Shown piece after piece: positions 44,501-57,150 of a stretch of 64,000 bases of DNA. The translations under genes and the position numbers were made by a program. The first letter of the stretch is position 1. Each line of letters starts with the position of its first letter. The notes below the pieces were generated by a model. It was given only the letters and a program-made list of their open reading frames with translations. It made no database searches and was not told the DNA's origin. The DNA comes from Eledone cirrhosa. Lineage: Eukaryota. Location: assembly GCA_964016885.1 (NCBI GenBank), contig OZ024743.1, forward strand, positions 297,414,001 to 297,478,000. The letters run 5' to 3'.

Positions 44501-47500
44501 TGACGTATGTAAGAGTTAGGAGAGGAGATATCAATGACGTATGTAAGAGTTAGGAGAGGAGATACCAGTGACGTATGTAAGTGTTACGAGAGGAGATATC
44601 AGTGACGTATGTAAGAGTTAGGAGAGGAGATACCAGTGACGTATGTAAGAGTTAGGAGAGGAGATACCAGTGACGTATGTAAGAGTTAGGAGAGGAGATA
44701 CCAGTGACGTATGTAAGAGTTAGGAGAGGAGATACCAGTTACGTATGTAAGAGTTAGGAGAGGAGATACCAGTGACGTATGTAAGAGTTAGGAGAGAAGA
44801 TACCAGTGACGTATGTAAGAGTTACGAGAGGAGATACCAGTGACGTATGTAAGTGATAGGGGAGGAGATACCAGTAACGTATGTAAGAGTTAGGAGAGGA
44901 GATACTAGGGACGTATGTAAGAGTTAGGAGAGGAGATATCAGTGACGTATGTCAGAGTTAGGAGAGGAGATACCAGTGACGTATTTAAGTGTTAGGGGAG
45001 GAGATACCAGTGCCGTATGTAAGGGTTAGGAAGGAGATACCAGTGACGTATGTAAGAGTTACGAGAGGAGATACCAGTGACGTATGTAAGTGTTAGGGGA
45101 GGAGATACCAGTGACGTATGTAAGAGTTAGGAGAGGAGATACTAGTAACGTATGTAAGAGTTAGGAGAGGAGATATCAGTGACGTATGTCAGAGTTAGGA
45201 GAGGATATACCTGTGAAGTATGTAAGAGTTAGGGGAGGAGATACCAGTGACGTATGTAAGAGTTATGAGAGGGGATACCCGTGACGTATGTAAGAGTTAG
45301 GAGAGGAGATACCCGTGACGAATGTAAGAGTTAGGAGAGGAGATACCAGTGACGTATGTAAGAGTTAGGAGCGGAGATACCAGTGACGTATGTAAGAGTT
45401 AGGAGAGGAGATACCAGTGACGTATGTAAGTGTTACGAGAGGAGATACCAGTGACGTATGTAAGAGTTAGGAGAGGAGATACCAGTGACGTATGTAAGAG
45501 TTAGGAGAGGAGATACCAGTGACGTATGTAAGAGCTAGGAGAGGAGATACCAGTGACGTATGTAAGTGTTAGGAGAGGAGATACCAGTGACGTATGTAAG
45601 AGTTAGGAGAGGAGATACCAGTGACGTATGTAAGAGTTAGGAGAGGAGATACCAGTGACGTATGTAAGTGTTAGGGGAAGAGATACCAGTGACGTATGTA
45701 AGAGTTAGGAGAGGAGATACCAGTGACGTATGTAAGTGTTAGGGGAGGAGATCCCAGTGACGTATGTAAGAGTTAGGAGAGGAGATACCAGTGACGTATG
45801 TAAGAGTTAGGAGAGGAGATACCAGTGACGTATGGAAGAGTTAGGAAGGAGATATCAGTGACGTATGTAAGAGTTAGGAGAGGAGATACCAGTGACGTAT
45901 GTAAGAGTTAGGAGAGGAGATACCAGTGACGTATGTAAGAGTTAGGAGAGGAGATACCAGTGACGTTTGTAAGAGTTAGGAAACGAGATACCAGTGACGT
46001 ATGTATGAGTTAGGAGAGGAGATACCAGTGACGTATGTAAGTGTTATGAAGGAGATATCAGTGACGTATGTAAGAGTTAGGAGAGGAGATACCAGTGACG
46101 TATGTAAGAGTTCGGAGAGGAGATACCAGTGACGTATGTAAGAGTTAGGAGAGGAGATACCAGTGACGTATGTAAGAGTTAGGAGAGGAGATACCAGTGA
46201 CGTATGTAAGAGTTAGGAGAGGAGATACCAGTGACGTATGTAAGAGTTAGGAGAGGAGATACCAGTGCCGTATGTAAGAGTTAGGGGAGGAGATACCAGT
46301 AACGTATGTAAGAGTTAGGAGAGGAGATACCAGTGACGTATGTAAGAGCTAGGGGAGGAGATACCAGTGACGTATGTAAGAGTTAGGAGAGGAGATACCA
46401 GTGACGTATGTAAGAGTTAGGGGAGGAGATACCAGTGACGTATGTAAGAGTTAGGAGAGGAGATACCAGTGACGTATGTAAGAGTTAGGAGAGGAGATAC
46501 CAGTGACGTATGGAAGAGTTAGGAAGGAGATATCAGTGACGTATGTAAGAGTTAGGAGAGGAGATACCAGTGACGTATGTAAGAGTTAGGAGAGGAGATA
46601 CCAGTGACGTATGTAAAAGTTAGGAGAGGAGATACCAGTGACGTTTGTAAGAGTTAGGAAAGGAGATACCAGTGACGTATGTATGAGTTAGGAGAGGAGA
46701 TACCAGTGACGTATGTAAGAGTTAGGAAGGAGATATCAGTGACGTATGTAAGAGTTAGGAGAGGAGATACCAGTGACGTATGTAAGAGTTCGGAGAGGAG
46801 ATACCAGTGACGTATGTAAGAGTTAGGAGAGGAGATACCAGTGACGTATGTAAGAGTTAGGAGAGGAGATACCACTGACGTATGTAAGAGTTAGGAGAGG
46901 ATATACCAGTGACGTATGTAACAGTTAGGAGAGGAGATACCAGTGACGTATGTAAGAGTTAGGGGAGGAGATACCAGTGACGTATGTCAGAGTTAGGAGA
47001 GGAGATACCAGTGACGTATGTAAGCGTTAGGAGAGGAGATACCAGTGACGTATTTAAGTGTTAGGGGAGGAGATACCAGTGCCGTATGTAAGAGTTAGGA
47101 AGGAGATACCAGTGACGTATGTAAGAGTTACGAGAGGAGATACCAGTGACGTATGTAAGTGTTAGGGGAGGAGATACCAGTGACGTATGTAAGAGTTAGG
47201 AGAGGAGATACTAGTGACGTATGTAAGAGTTAGGAGAGGAGATATCAGTGACGTATGTCAGAGTTAGGAGAGGAGATACCAGTGACGTATTTAAGTGTTA
47301 GGGGAGGAGATACCAGTGCCGTATGTAAGAGTTAGGAAGGAGATACCAGTGACGTATGTAAGAGTTACGAGAGGAGATACCAGTGACGTATGTAAGTGTT
47401 AGGGGAGGAGATACCAGTGACGTATGTAAGAGTTAGGAGAGGAGATACTAGCGACGTATGTAAGAGTTAGGAGAGGAGATATCAGTGACGTATGTCAGAG

Positions 47501-47910
47501 TTAGGAGAGGATATACCAGTGACGTATGTAAGAGTTAGGGGAGGAGATACCAGTGACGTATGTAAGAGTTATGAGAGGGGATACCCGTGACGTATGTAAG
47601 AGTTAGGAGACGAGATACCAGTGACGTATGTAAGAGTTTGGAGAGGAGATACCATTGACGTATGTAAGAGTTAGGAGAGGAGATATCAATGACGTATGTA
47701 AGAGTTAGGAGAGGAGATACCAGTGACGTATGTAAGTGTTACGAGAGGAGATATCAGTGACGTATGTAAGAGTTAGGAGAGGAGATACCAGTGACGTATG
47801 TAAGAGTTAGGAGAGGAGATACCAGTGACGTATGTAAGAGTTAGGAGAGGAGATACCAGTGACGTATGTAAGAGTTAGGAGAGGAGATACCAGTTACGTA
47901 TGTAAGAGTT
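41600..47910 (+). repeat. Tandem duplication, offset 3155 bp (93 monomers)
   Basis: TATACCTGTGAAG at 42051/45206. The spurious ORFs at 43499/46654 share the same offset. Confidence 0.92.
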
Positions 47911-50429
47911 AGGGGAGGAGATACCAGTGACGTATGTAAGAGTTAGGAGAGGAGATACCAGTGACGTATGTAAGAGTTAGGGGAGGAGATACAAGTGACG
48001 TATGTAAGAGTTAGTAGAGGAGATACCAGTGACGTATATAAGTGTTAGGAGAGGAGATATCAGGTACGTATGTAAGAGTTAGGAGAGGAGATACCAGTGA
48101 CGTATGTAAGATTTAGGAGAGGAGATATCAGTGACGTATGTAAGTGTTACGAGAGGAGATACTAGTGACGTATGTAAGAGTTAGGAGAGGAGATACCATT
48201 GACGTATGTAAGAGTTAGGAGAGGAGATATCAGTGACGTATGTAAGAGTTACGAGAGGAGATACCAGTGACGTATGTAAGAGTTAGGAGAGGAGATACCA
48301 GTGACGTATGTAAGAGTTAAGGGAGGAGATACCAGTGACGTATGTAAGAGCTAGGGGAGGAGATACCAGTGACGTATGTAAGAGTTAGGGGAGGAGATAC
48401 CAGTGATGTATGTAAGAGTTAGGAGAGGAGATACCAGTGACGTATGTAAGAGTTAGGAGAGGAGATACCAGTGACGTATGTAAGAGTTAGGAAGGAGATA
48501 TCAGTGACGTATGTAAGTGTTAGGAGAGGAGATACCAGTGACGTATGTAAGAGTTACGAGAGGAGATATCAGTGAGGTATGTAAGAGTTAGGAAGGAGAT
48601 ATCAGTGACGTATGTCAGAGTTAGGAGAGGAGATACCAGTGACGTATGTAAGTGTTAGGAGAGGAGATATCAGTGACGTATGTCAGAGATAGGAAGGAGA
48701 TATCAGTGACGTATGTCAGAGTTAGGAGAGGAGATACCAGTGACGTTTGTAAGAGTTAGGAGAGGACATACCAGTGACGTATGTCAGAGTTAGGAGAGGA
48801 GATACCAGTGACGTATGTAAGAGTTAGGAGAGGAGTTACCAGTGACGTTTGTAAGAGTTAGGAGAGGAGATACCAGTGACGTTTGTAAGAGTTAGGAGAG
48901 GAGATACCAGTGACGTATGTAAGTGTTAGCAGAGGAGATATCAGTGACGTATGTCAGAGTTAGGAGTGGAGATACCAGTGACGTATGTAAGAGTTAGGAG
49001 AGGAGATATCAGTGACGTATGTCAGAGTTAGGAGAGGAGTTACCAGTGACGTATGTAAGAGTTAGGAGAGGAGATACCAGTGACGTATGTAAGAGTTAGG
49101 AGAGGAGATATCAATGACGTATGTAAGAGTTAGGAAGGAGATATCAGTGACGTATGTCAGAGTTAGGAGAGAAGATACCAGTGACGTATGTCAGAGTTAG
49201 GAGAGGAGATACCATTGACGTATGTAAGAGTTAGGAGAGGAGATATCAATGATGTATGTAAGAGTTAGGAAGGAGATATCAGTGACGTATGTCAGAGTTA
49301 GGAGAGAAGATACCAGTGACGTATGTCAGAGTTAGGAGAGGAGATACCAGTGACGTATGTAAGAGTTAGGAGAGGAGATAACAGTGACGTATGTAAGAGT
49401 TAGGAAGGAGATATCAGTGACGTATGTAAGTGTTAGGAGAGGAGATACCAGTGACGTATGTAAGAGTTACGAGAGGAGATATCAGTGAGGTATGTAAGAG
49501 TTAGGAAGGAGATATCAGTGACGTATGTCAGAGTTAGGAGAGGAGATACTAGTGACGTATGTAAGTGTTAGGAGAGGAGATATCAGTGACGTATGTCAGA
49601 GATAGGAAGGAGATATCAGTGACGTATGTCAGAGTTAGGAGAGGAGATACCAGTGACGTATGTAAGAGTTAGGAGAGGAGATACCAGTGACGTTTGTAAG
49701 AGTTAGGAGAGGAGATACCAGTGACGTTTGTAAGAGTTAGGAGAGGAGATACCAGTGATGTATGTAAGTGTTAGCAGAGGAGATATCAGTGACGTATGTC
49801 AGAGTTAGGAGTGGAGATACCAGTGACGTATGTAAGAGTTAGGAGAGGAGATATCAGTGACGTATGTCAGAGTTAGGAGAGGAGATACCAGTGACGTATG
49901 TAAGAGTTAGGAGAGGAGATACCAGTGACGTATGTAAGAGTTAGGAGAGGAGATACCAGTGACGTATGTAAGTGTTACGAGAGGAGATACCAGTGACGTA
50001 TGTCGGAGTTAGGAGAGAAGATACCAGTGACGTATGTCAGAGTTAGGAGAGAAGATACCAGTGACGTATGTAATAGTTAGGAGAGGAGATACCAGTGACG
50101 TATGTAAGTGTTAGGAGAGGAGATATCAGTGACGTATGTCAGAGTTAGGAGAGGAGATACCAGTGACGTATATAAGTGTTAGGAGAGGAGATATAAGTGA
50201 CGTATGTCAGAGTTAGGAGTGGAGATACCAGTGACGTATGTAAGAGTTAGGAGAGGAGATACCAGTGACGTATGTAAGAGTTAGGAGAGGAGATACCAGT
50301 GACGTATGTAAGAGTTAGGAGAGGAGATATCTGTGACATATGTAAGTGTTACGAGAGGAGATACCAGTGACGTATGTAAGAGTTAGGAGAGGAGATACCA
50401 GTGACGTATGTAAGAGTTAGGAGAGGCGA

Positions 50430-53400
50430 TATCAGTGACGTATGTAAGAGTTACGAGAGGAGATACTAGTGACGTATGTAAGTGTTAGGAGAGGAGATAC
50501 CAGTGACGTATGTAAGAGTTAGGAGAGGAGATACCAGTGAAGTATGTAAGAGTTAGGAGAGGAGATACCAGTGACGTATGTAAGTGTTACGAGAGGAGAT
50601 ACCAGTGACGTATGTAAGAGTTAGGAGAGGAGATACCAGTGACGTATGTAAGTGTTACGAGAGGATATACCAGTGACGTATGTAAGTGTTACGAGAGGAG
50701 ATACCAGTCACGTATGTAAGAGTTAGGAGAGCAGATACCAGTGACGTATGTAAGAGTTAGGAGAGGAGATACCAGTGACGTATGTAAGAGTTAGGAGAGG
50801 AGATACCAGTGACGTATGTCAGATTTAGGAGAGAAGATACCAGTGACGTATGTCAGAGTTAGGAGAGGAGATACCAGTGACGTATGTAAGAGTTAGGAGA
50901 GGAGATACCAGTGACGTATGTAAGAGTTAGGAAGGAGATATCAGTGACGTATGTAAGTGTTAGGAGAGGAGATACCAGAGACATATGTAAGAGCTACGAG
51001 AGGAGATATCAGTGACGTATGTCAGAGATAGGAAGGAGATATCAGTGACGTATGTAAGAGTTAGGAGAGGAGATACCAGTGACGTATGTAAGAGTTAGGA
51101 GAGGAGATACCAGTGACGTATGTAAGAGTTAGGGGAGGAGATACCAGTGACGTATGTAAGAGTTAGGAGAGGAGATACCAGTGACGTATGTAAGAGTTAG
51201 GAGAGGAGATACCAGTGACGTATGGAAGAGTTAGGAAGGAGATATCAGTGACGTATGTAAGAGTTAGGAGAGGAGATACCAGTGACGTATGTAAGAGTTA
51301 GGAGAGGAGATACCAGTGACGTATGTAAGAGTTAGGAGAGGAGATACCAGTGACGTTTGTAAGAGTTAGGAAAGGAGATACCAGTGACGTATGTATGAGT
51401 TAGGAGAGGAGATACCAGTGACGTATGTAAGAGTTATGAAGGAGATATCAGTGACGTATGTAAGAGTTAGGAGAGGAGATACCAGTGACGTATGTAAGAG
51501 TTCGGAGAGGAGATACCAGTGACGTATGTAAGAGTTAGGAGAGGAGATACCAGTGACGTATGTAAGAGTTAAGAGAGGAGATACCACTGACGTATGTAAG
51601 AGTTAGGAGAGGATATACCAGTGATGTATGTAACAGTTAGGAGAGGAGATACCAGTGACGTATGTAAGAGTTAGGGGAGGAGATACCAGTGACGTATGTC
51701 AGAGTTAGGAGAGGAGATACCAGTGACGTATGTAAGCGTTAGGAGACGAGATACCAGTGACGTATTTAAGTGTTAGGAGAGGAGATACCAGTGACGTATG
51801 TAAGAGTTACGAGAGGAGATATCAGTGAGGTATGTAAGAGTTAGGAAGGAGATATCAGTGACGTATGTCAGAGTTAGGAGAGGAGATATCAGTGACGTAT
51901 GTAAGTGTTAGGAGAGGAGATATCAGTGACGTATGTCAGAGATAGGAAGGAGATATCAGTGACGTATGTCAGAGTTAGGAGAGGAGATACCAGTGACGTT
52001 TGTAAGAGTTAGGAGAGGACATACCAGTGACGTATGTCAGAGTTAGGAGAGGAGATACCAGTGACGTATGTAAGAGTTAGGAGAGGAGATACCAGTGACG
52101 TTTGTAAGAGTTAGGAGAGGAGATACCAGTGACGTTTGTAAGAGTTACGAGAGGAGATACCAGTGACGTATGTAAGTGTTAGCAGAGGAGATATCAGTGA
52201 CGTATGTCAGAGTTAGGAGTGGAGATACCAGTGACGTATGTAAGAGTTAGGAGAGGAGATATCAGTGACGTATGTCAGAGTTAGGAGAGGAGATACCAGT
52301 GACGTATGTAAGAGTTAGGAGAGGAGATACCAGTGACGTATGTAAGAGTTAGGAGAGGAGATACCAGTGACGTATGTAAGAGTTAGGAGAGGAGATACCA
52401 GTGACGTATGTCAGAGTTAGGAGAGAAGATACCACTGACGTATGTCAGAGTTAGGAGAGGAGATACCAGTGACGTATGTAAGAGTTAGGAGAGGAGATAC
52501 CAGTGACGTATGTAAGAGTTAGGAAGGAGATATCAGTGACGTATGTAAGTGTTAGGAGAGGAGATACCAGTGACGTATGTAAGAGTTACGAGAGGAGATA
52601 TCAGTGACGTATGTCAGAGATAGGAAGGAGATATCAGTGACGTATGTAAGAGTTAGGAGAGGAGATACCAGTGACGTATGTAAGAGTTAGGAGAGGAGAT
52701 ACCAGTGACGTATGTAAGAGTTAGGGGAGGAGATACCAGTGACGTATGTAAGAGTTAGGAGAGGAGATACCAGTGACGTATGTAAGAGTTAGGAGAGGAG
52801 ATACCAGTGACGTATGGAAGAGTTAGGAAGGAGATATCAGTGACGTATGTAAGAGTTAGGAGAGGAGATACCAGTGACGTATGTAAGAGTTAGGAGAGGA
52901 GATACCAGTGACGTATGTAAGAGTTAGGAGAGGAGATACCAGTGACGTTTGTAAGAGTTAGGAAAGGAGATACCAGTGACGTATGTATGAGTTAGGAGAG
53001 GAGATACCAGTGACGTATGTAAGAGTTATGAAGGAGATATCAGTGACGTATGTAAGAGTTAGGAGAGGAGATACCAGTGACGTATGTAAGAGTTCGGAGA
53101 GGAGATACCAGTGACGTATGTAAGAGTTAGGAGAGGAGATACCAGTGACGTATGTAAGAGTTAGGAGAGGAGATACCACTGACGTATGTAAGAGTTAGGA
53201 GAGGATATACCAGTGACGTATGTAACAGTTAGGAGAGGAGATACCAGTGACGTATGTAAGAGTTAGGGGAGGAGATACCAGTGACGTATGTCAGAGTTAG
53301 GAGAGGAGATACCAGTGACGTATGTAAGCGTTAGGAGAGGAGATACCAGTGACGTATTTAAGTGTTAGGAGAGGAGATACCAGTGACGTATGTAAGAGTT

Positions 53401-56400
53401 ACGAGAGGAGATATCAGTGAGGTATGTAAGAGTTAGGAAGGAGATATCAGTGACGTATGTCAGAGTTAGGAGAGGAGATATCAGTGACGTATGTAAGTGT
53501 TAGGAGAGGAGATATCAGTGACGTATGTCAGAGATAGGAAGGAGATATCAGTGACGTATGTCAGAGTTAGGAGAGGAGATACCAGTGACGTTTGTAAGAG
53601 TTAGGAGAGGACATACCAGTGACGTATGTCAGAGTTATGAGAGGAGATACCAGTGACGTATGTAAGAGTTAGGAGAGGAGATACCAGTGACGTTTGTAAG
53701 AGTTAGGAGAGGAGATACCAGTGACGTTTGTAAGAGTTAGGAGAGGAGATACCAGTGACGTATGTAAGAGTTACGAGAGGAGATACTAGTGACGTATGTA
53801 AGTGTTAGGAGAGGAGATACCAGTGACGTATGTAAGAGTTAGGAGAGGAGATACCAGTGAAGTATGTAAGAGTTAGGAGAGGAGATACCAGTGACGTATG
53901 TAAGTGTTACGAGAGGAGATACCAGTGATGTATGTAAGAGTTAGGAGAGGAGATACCAGTGACGTATGTAAGTGTTACGAGAGGATATACCAGTGATGTA
54001 TGTAAGTGTTACGATAGGAGATACCAGTCACGTATGTAAGAGTTAGGAGAGCAGATACCAGTGACGTATGTAAGAGTTAGGAGAGGAGATACCAGTGACG
54101 TATGTAAGAGTTAGGAGAGGAGATACCAGTGACGTATGTCAGATTTAGGAGAGAAGATACCAGTGACGTATGTCAGAGTTAGGAGAGGAGATACCAGTGA
54201 CGTATGTAAGAGTTAGGAGAGGAGATACCAGTGACGTATGTCAGATTTAGGAGAGAAGATACCAGTGACGTATGTCAGAGTTAGGAGAGGAGATACCAGT
54301 GACGTATGTAAGAGTTAGGAAGGAGATATCAGTGACGTATGTAAGTGTTAGGAGAGGAGATACCAGTGACGTATGTAAGAGCTACGAGAGGAGATATCAG
54401 TGACGTATGTCAGAGATAGGAAGGAGATATCAGTGACGTATGTAAGAGTTAGGAGAGGAGATACCAGTGACGTATGTAAGAGTTAGGAGAGGAGATACCA
54501 GTGACGTATGTAAGAGTTAGGGGAGGAGATACCAGTGACGTATGTAAGAGTTAGGAGAGGAGATACCAGTGACGTATGTAAGAGTTAGGAGAGGAGATAC
54601 CAGTGACGTATGGAAGAGTTAGGAAGGAGATATCAGTGACGTATGTAAGAGTTAGGAGAGGAGATACCAGTGACGAATGTAAGAGTTAGGAGAGGAGATA
54701 CCAGTGACGTATGTAAGAGTTAGGAGAGGAGATACCAGTGACGTTTGTAAGAGTTAGGAAAGGAGATACCAGTGACGTATGTATGAGTTAGGAGAGGAGA
54801 TACCAGTGACGTATGTAAGAGTTATGAAGGAGATATCAGTGACGTATGTAAGAGTTAGGAGAGGAGATACCAGTGACGTATGTAAGAGTTCGGAGAGGAG
54901 ATACCAGTGACGTATGTAAGAGTTAGGAGAGGAGATACCAGTGACGTATGTAAGAGTTAAGAGAGGAGATACCACTGACGTATGTAAGAGTTAGGAGAGG
55001 ATATACCAGTGACGTATGTAACAGTTAGGAGAGGAGATACCAGTGACGTATGTAAGAGTTAGGGGAGGAGATACCAGTGACGTATGTCAGAGTTAGGAGA
55101 GGAGATACCAGTGACGTATGTAAGCGTTAGGAGAGGAGATACCAGTGACGTATTTAAGTGTTAGGAGAGGAGATACCAGTGACGTATGTAAGAGTTACGA
55201 GAGGAGATATCAGTGAGGTATGTAAGAGTTAGGAAGGAGATATCAGTGACGTATGTCAGAGTTAGGAGAGGAGATATCAGTGACGTATGTAAGTGTTGGG
55301 AGAGGAGATATCAGTGACGTATGTCAGAGATAGGAAGGAGATATCAGTGACGTATGTCAGAGTTAGGAGAGGAGATACCAGTGACGTTTGTAAGAGTTAG
55401 GAGAGGACATACCAGTGACGTATGTCAGAGTTAGGAGAGGAGATACCAGTGACGTATGTAAGAGTTAGGAGAGGAGATACCAGTGACGTTTGTAAGAGTT
55501 AGGAGAGGAGATACCAGTGACGTTTGTAAGAGTTAGGAGAGGAGATACCAGTGACGTATGTAAGTGTTAGCAGAGGAGATATCAGTGACGTATGTCAGAG
55601 TTAGGAGTGGAGATACCAGTGACGTATGTAAGAGTTAGGAGAGGAGATATCAGTGACGTATGTCAGAGTTAGGAGAGGAGATACCAGTGACGTATGTAAG
55701 AGTTAGGAGAGGAGATACCAGTGACGTATGTAAGAGTTAGGAGAGGAGATACCAGTGACGTATGTAAGAGTTAGGAGAGGAGATACCAGTGACGTATGTC
55801 AGAGTTAGGAGAGAAGATACCACTGACGTATGTCAGAGTTAGGAGAGGAGATACCAGTGACGTATGTAAGAGTTAGGAGAGGAGATACCAGTGACGTATG
55901 TAAGAGTTAGGAAGGAGATATCAGTGACGTATGTAAGTGTTAGGAGAGGAGATACCAGTGACGTATGTAAGAGTTACGAGAGGAGATATCAGTGACGTAT
56001 GTCATAGATAGGAAGGAGATATCAGTGACGTATGTAAGAGTTAGGAGAGGAGATACCAGTGACGTATGTAAGAGTTAGGAGAGGAGATACCAGTGACGTA
56101 TGTAAGAGTTAGGGGAGGAGATACCAGTGACGTATGTAAGAGTTAGGAGAGGAGATACCAGTGACGTATGTAAGAGTTAGGAGAGGAGATACCAGTGACG
56201 TATGGAAGAGTTAGGAAGGAGATATCAGTGACGTATGTAAGAGTTAGGAGAGGAGATACCAGTGACGTATGTAAGAGTTAGGAGAGGAGATACCAGTGAC
56301 GTATGTAAGAGTTAGGAGAGGAGATACCAGTGACGTTTGTAAGAGTTAGGAAAGGAGATACCAGTGACGTATGTATGAGTTAGGAGAGGAGATACCAGTG

Positions 56401-57150
56401 ACGTATGTAAGAGTTATGAAGGAGATATCAGTGACGTATGTAAGAGTTAGGAGAGGAGATACCAGTGACGTATGTAAGATTTCGGAGAGGAGATACCAGT
56501 GACGTATGTAAGAGTTAGGAGAGGAGATACCAGTGACGTATGTAAGAGTTAGGAGAGGAGATACCACTGACGTATGTAAGAGTTAGGAGAGGATATACCA
56601 GTGACGTATGTAACAGTTAGGAGAGGAGATACCAGTGACGTATGTAAGAGTTAGGGGAGGAGATACCAGTGACGTATGTCAGAGTTAGGAGAGGAGATAC
56701 CAGTGACGTATGTAAGCGTTAGGAGAGGAGATACCAGTGACGTATTTAAGTGTTAGGAGAGGAGATACCAGTGACGTATGTAAGAGTTACGAGAGGAGAT
56801 ATCAGTGAGGTATGTAAGAGTTAGGAAGGAGATATCAGTGACGTATGTCAGAGTTAGGAGAGGAGATATCAGTGACGTATGTAAGTGTTAGGAGAGGAGA
56901 TATCAGTGACGTATGTCAGAGATAGGAAGGAGATATCAGTGACGTATGTCAGAGTTAGGAGAGGAGATACCAGTGACGTTTGTAAGAGTTAGGAGAGGAC
57001 ATACCAGTGACGTATGTCAGAGTTAGGAGAGGAGATACCAGTGACGTATGTAAGAGTTAGGAGAGGAGATACCAGTGACGTTTGTAAGAGTTAGGAGAGG
57101 AGATACCAGTGACGTTTGTAAGAGTTAGGAGAGGAGATACCAGTGACGTA
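50430..57150 (+). repeat. Tandem duplication, offset 3320-3388 bp, each copy holding two ~1592-bp related subunits
   Basis: CAGTGA-AGTATG at 50541/53861 (offset 3320), then 68 bp (2 extra monomers) near 54240. Variant cassettes at 51366, 52958, 54754 and 56346 give offsets of 1592 and 3388. Confidence 0.85.

Noticed and set aside
1-48000. G-quadruplex array from GGGG variants
   Set aside because: Runs of three or more G are usually at least 34 bp apart and rarely in four consecutive monomers. Only weak two-tier structures are conceivable.
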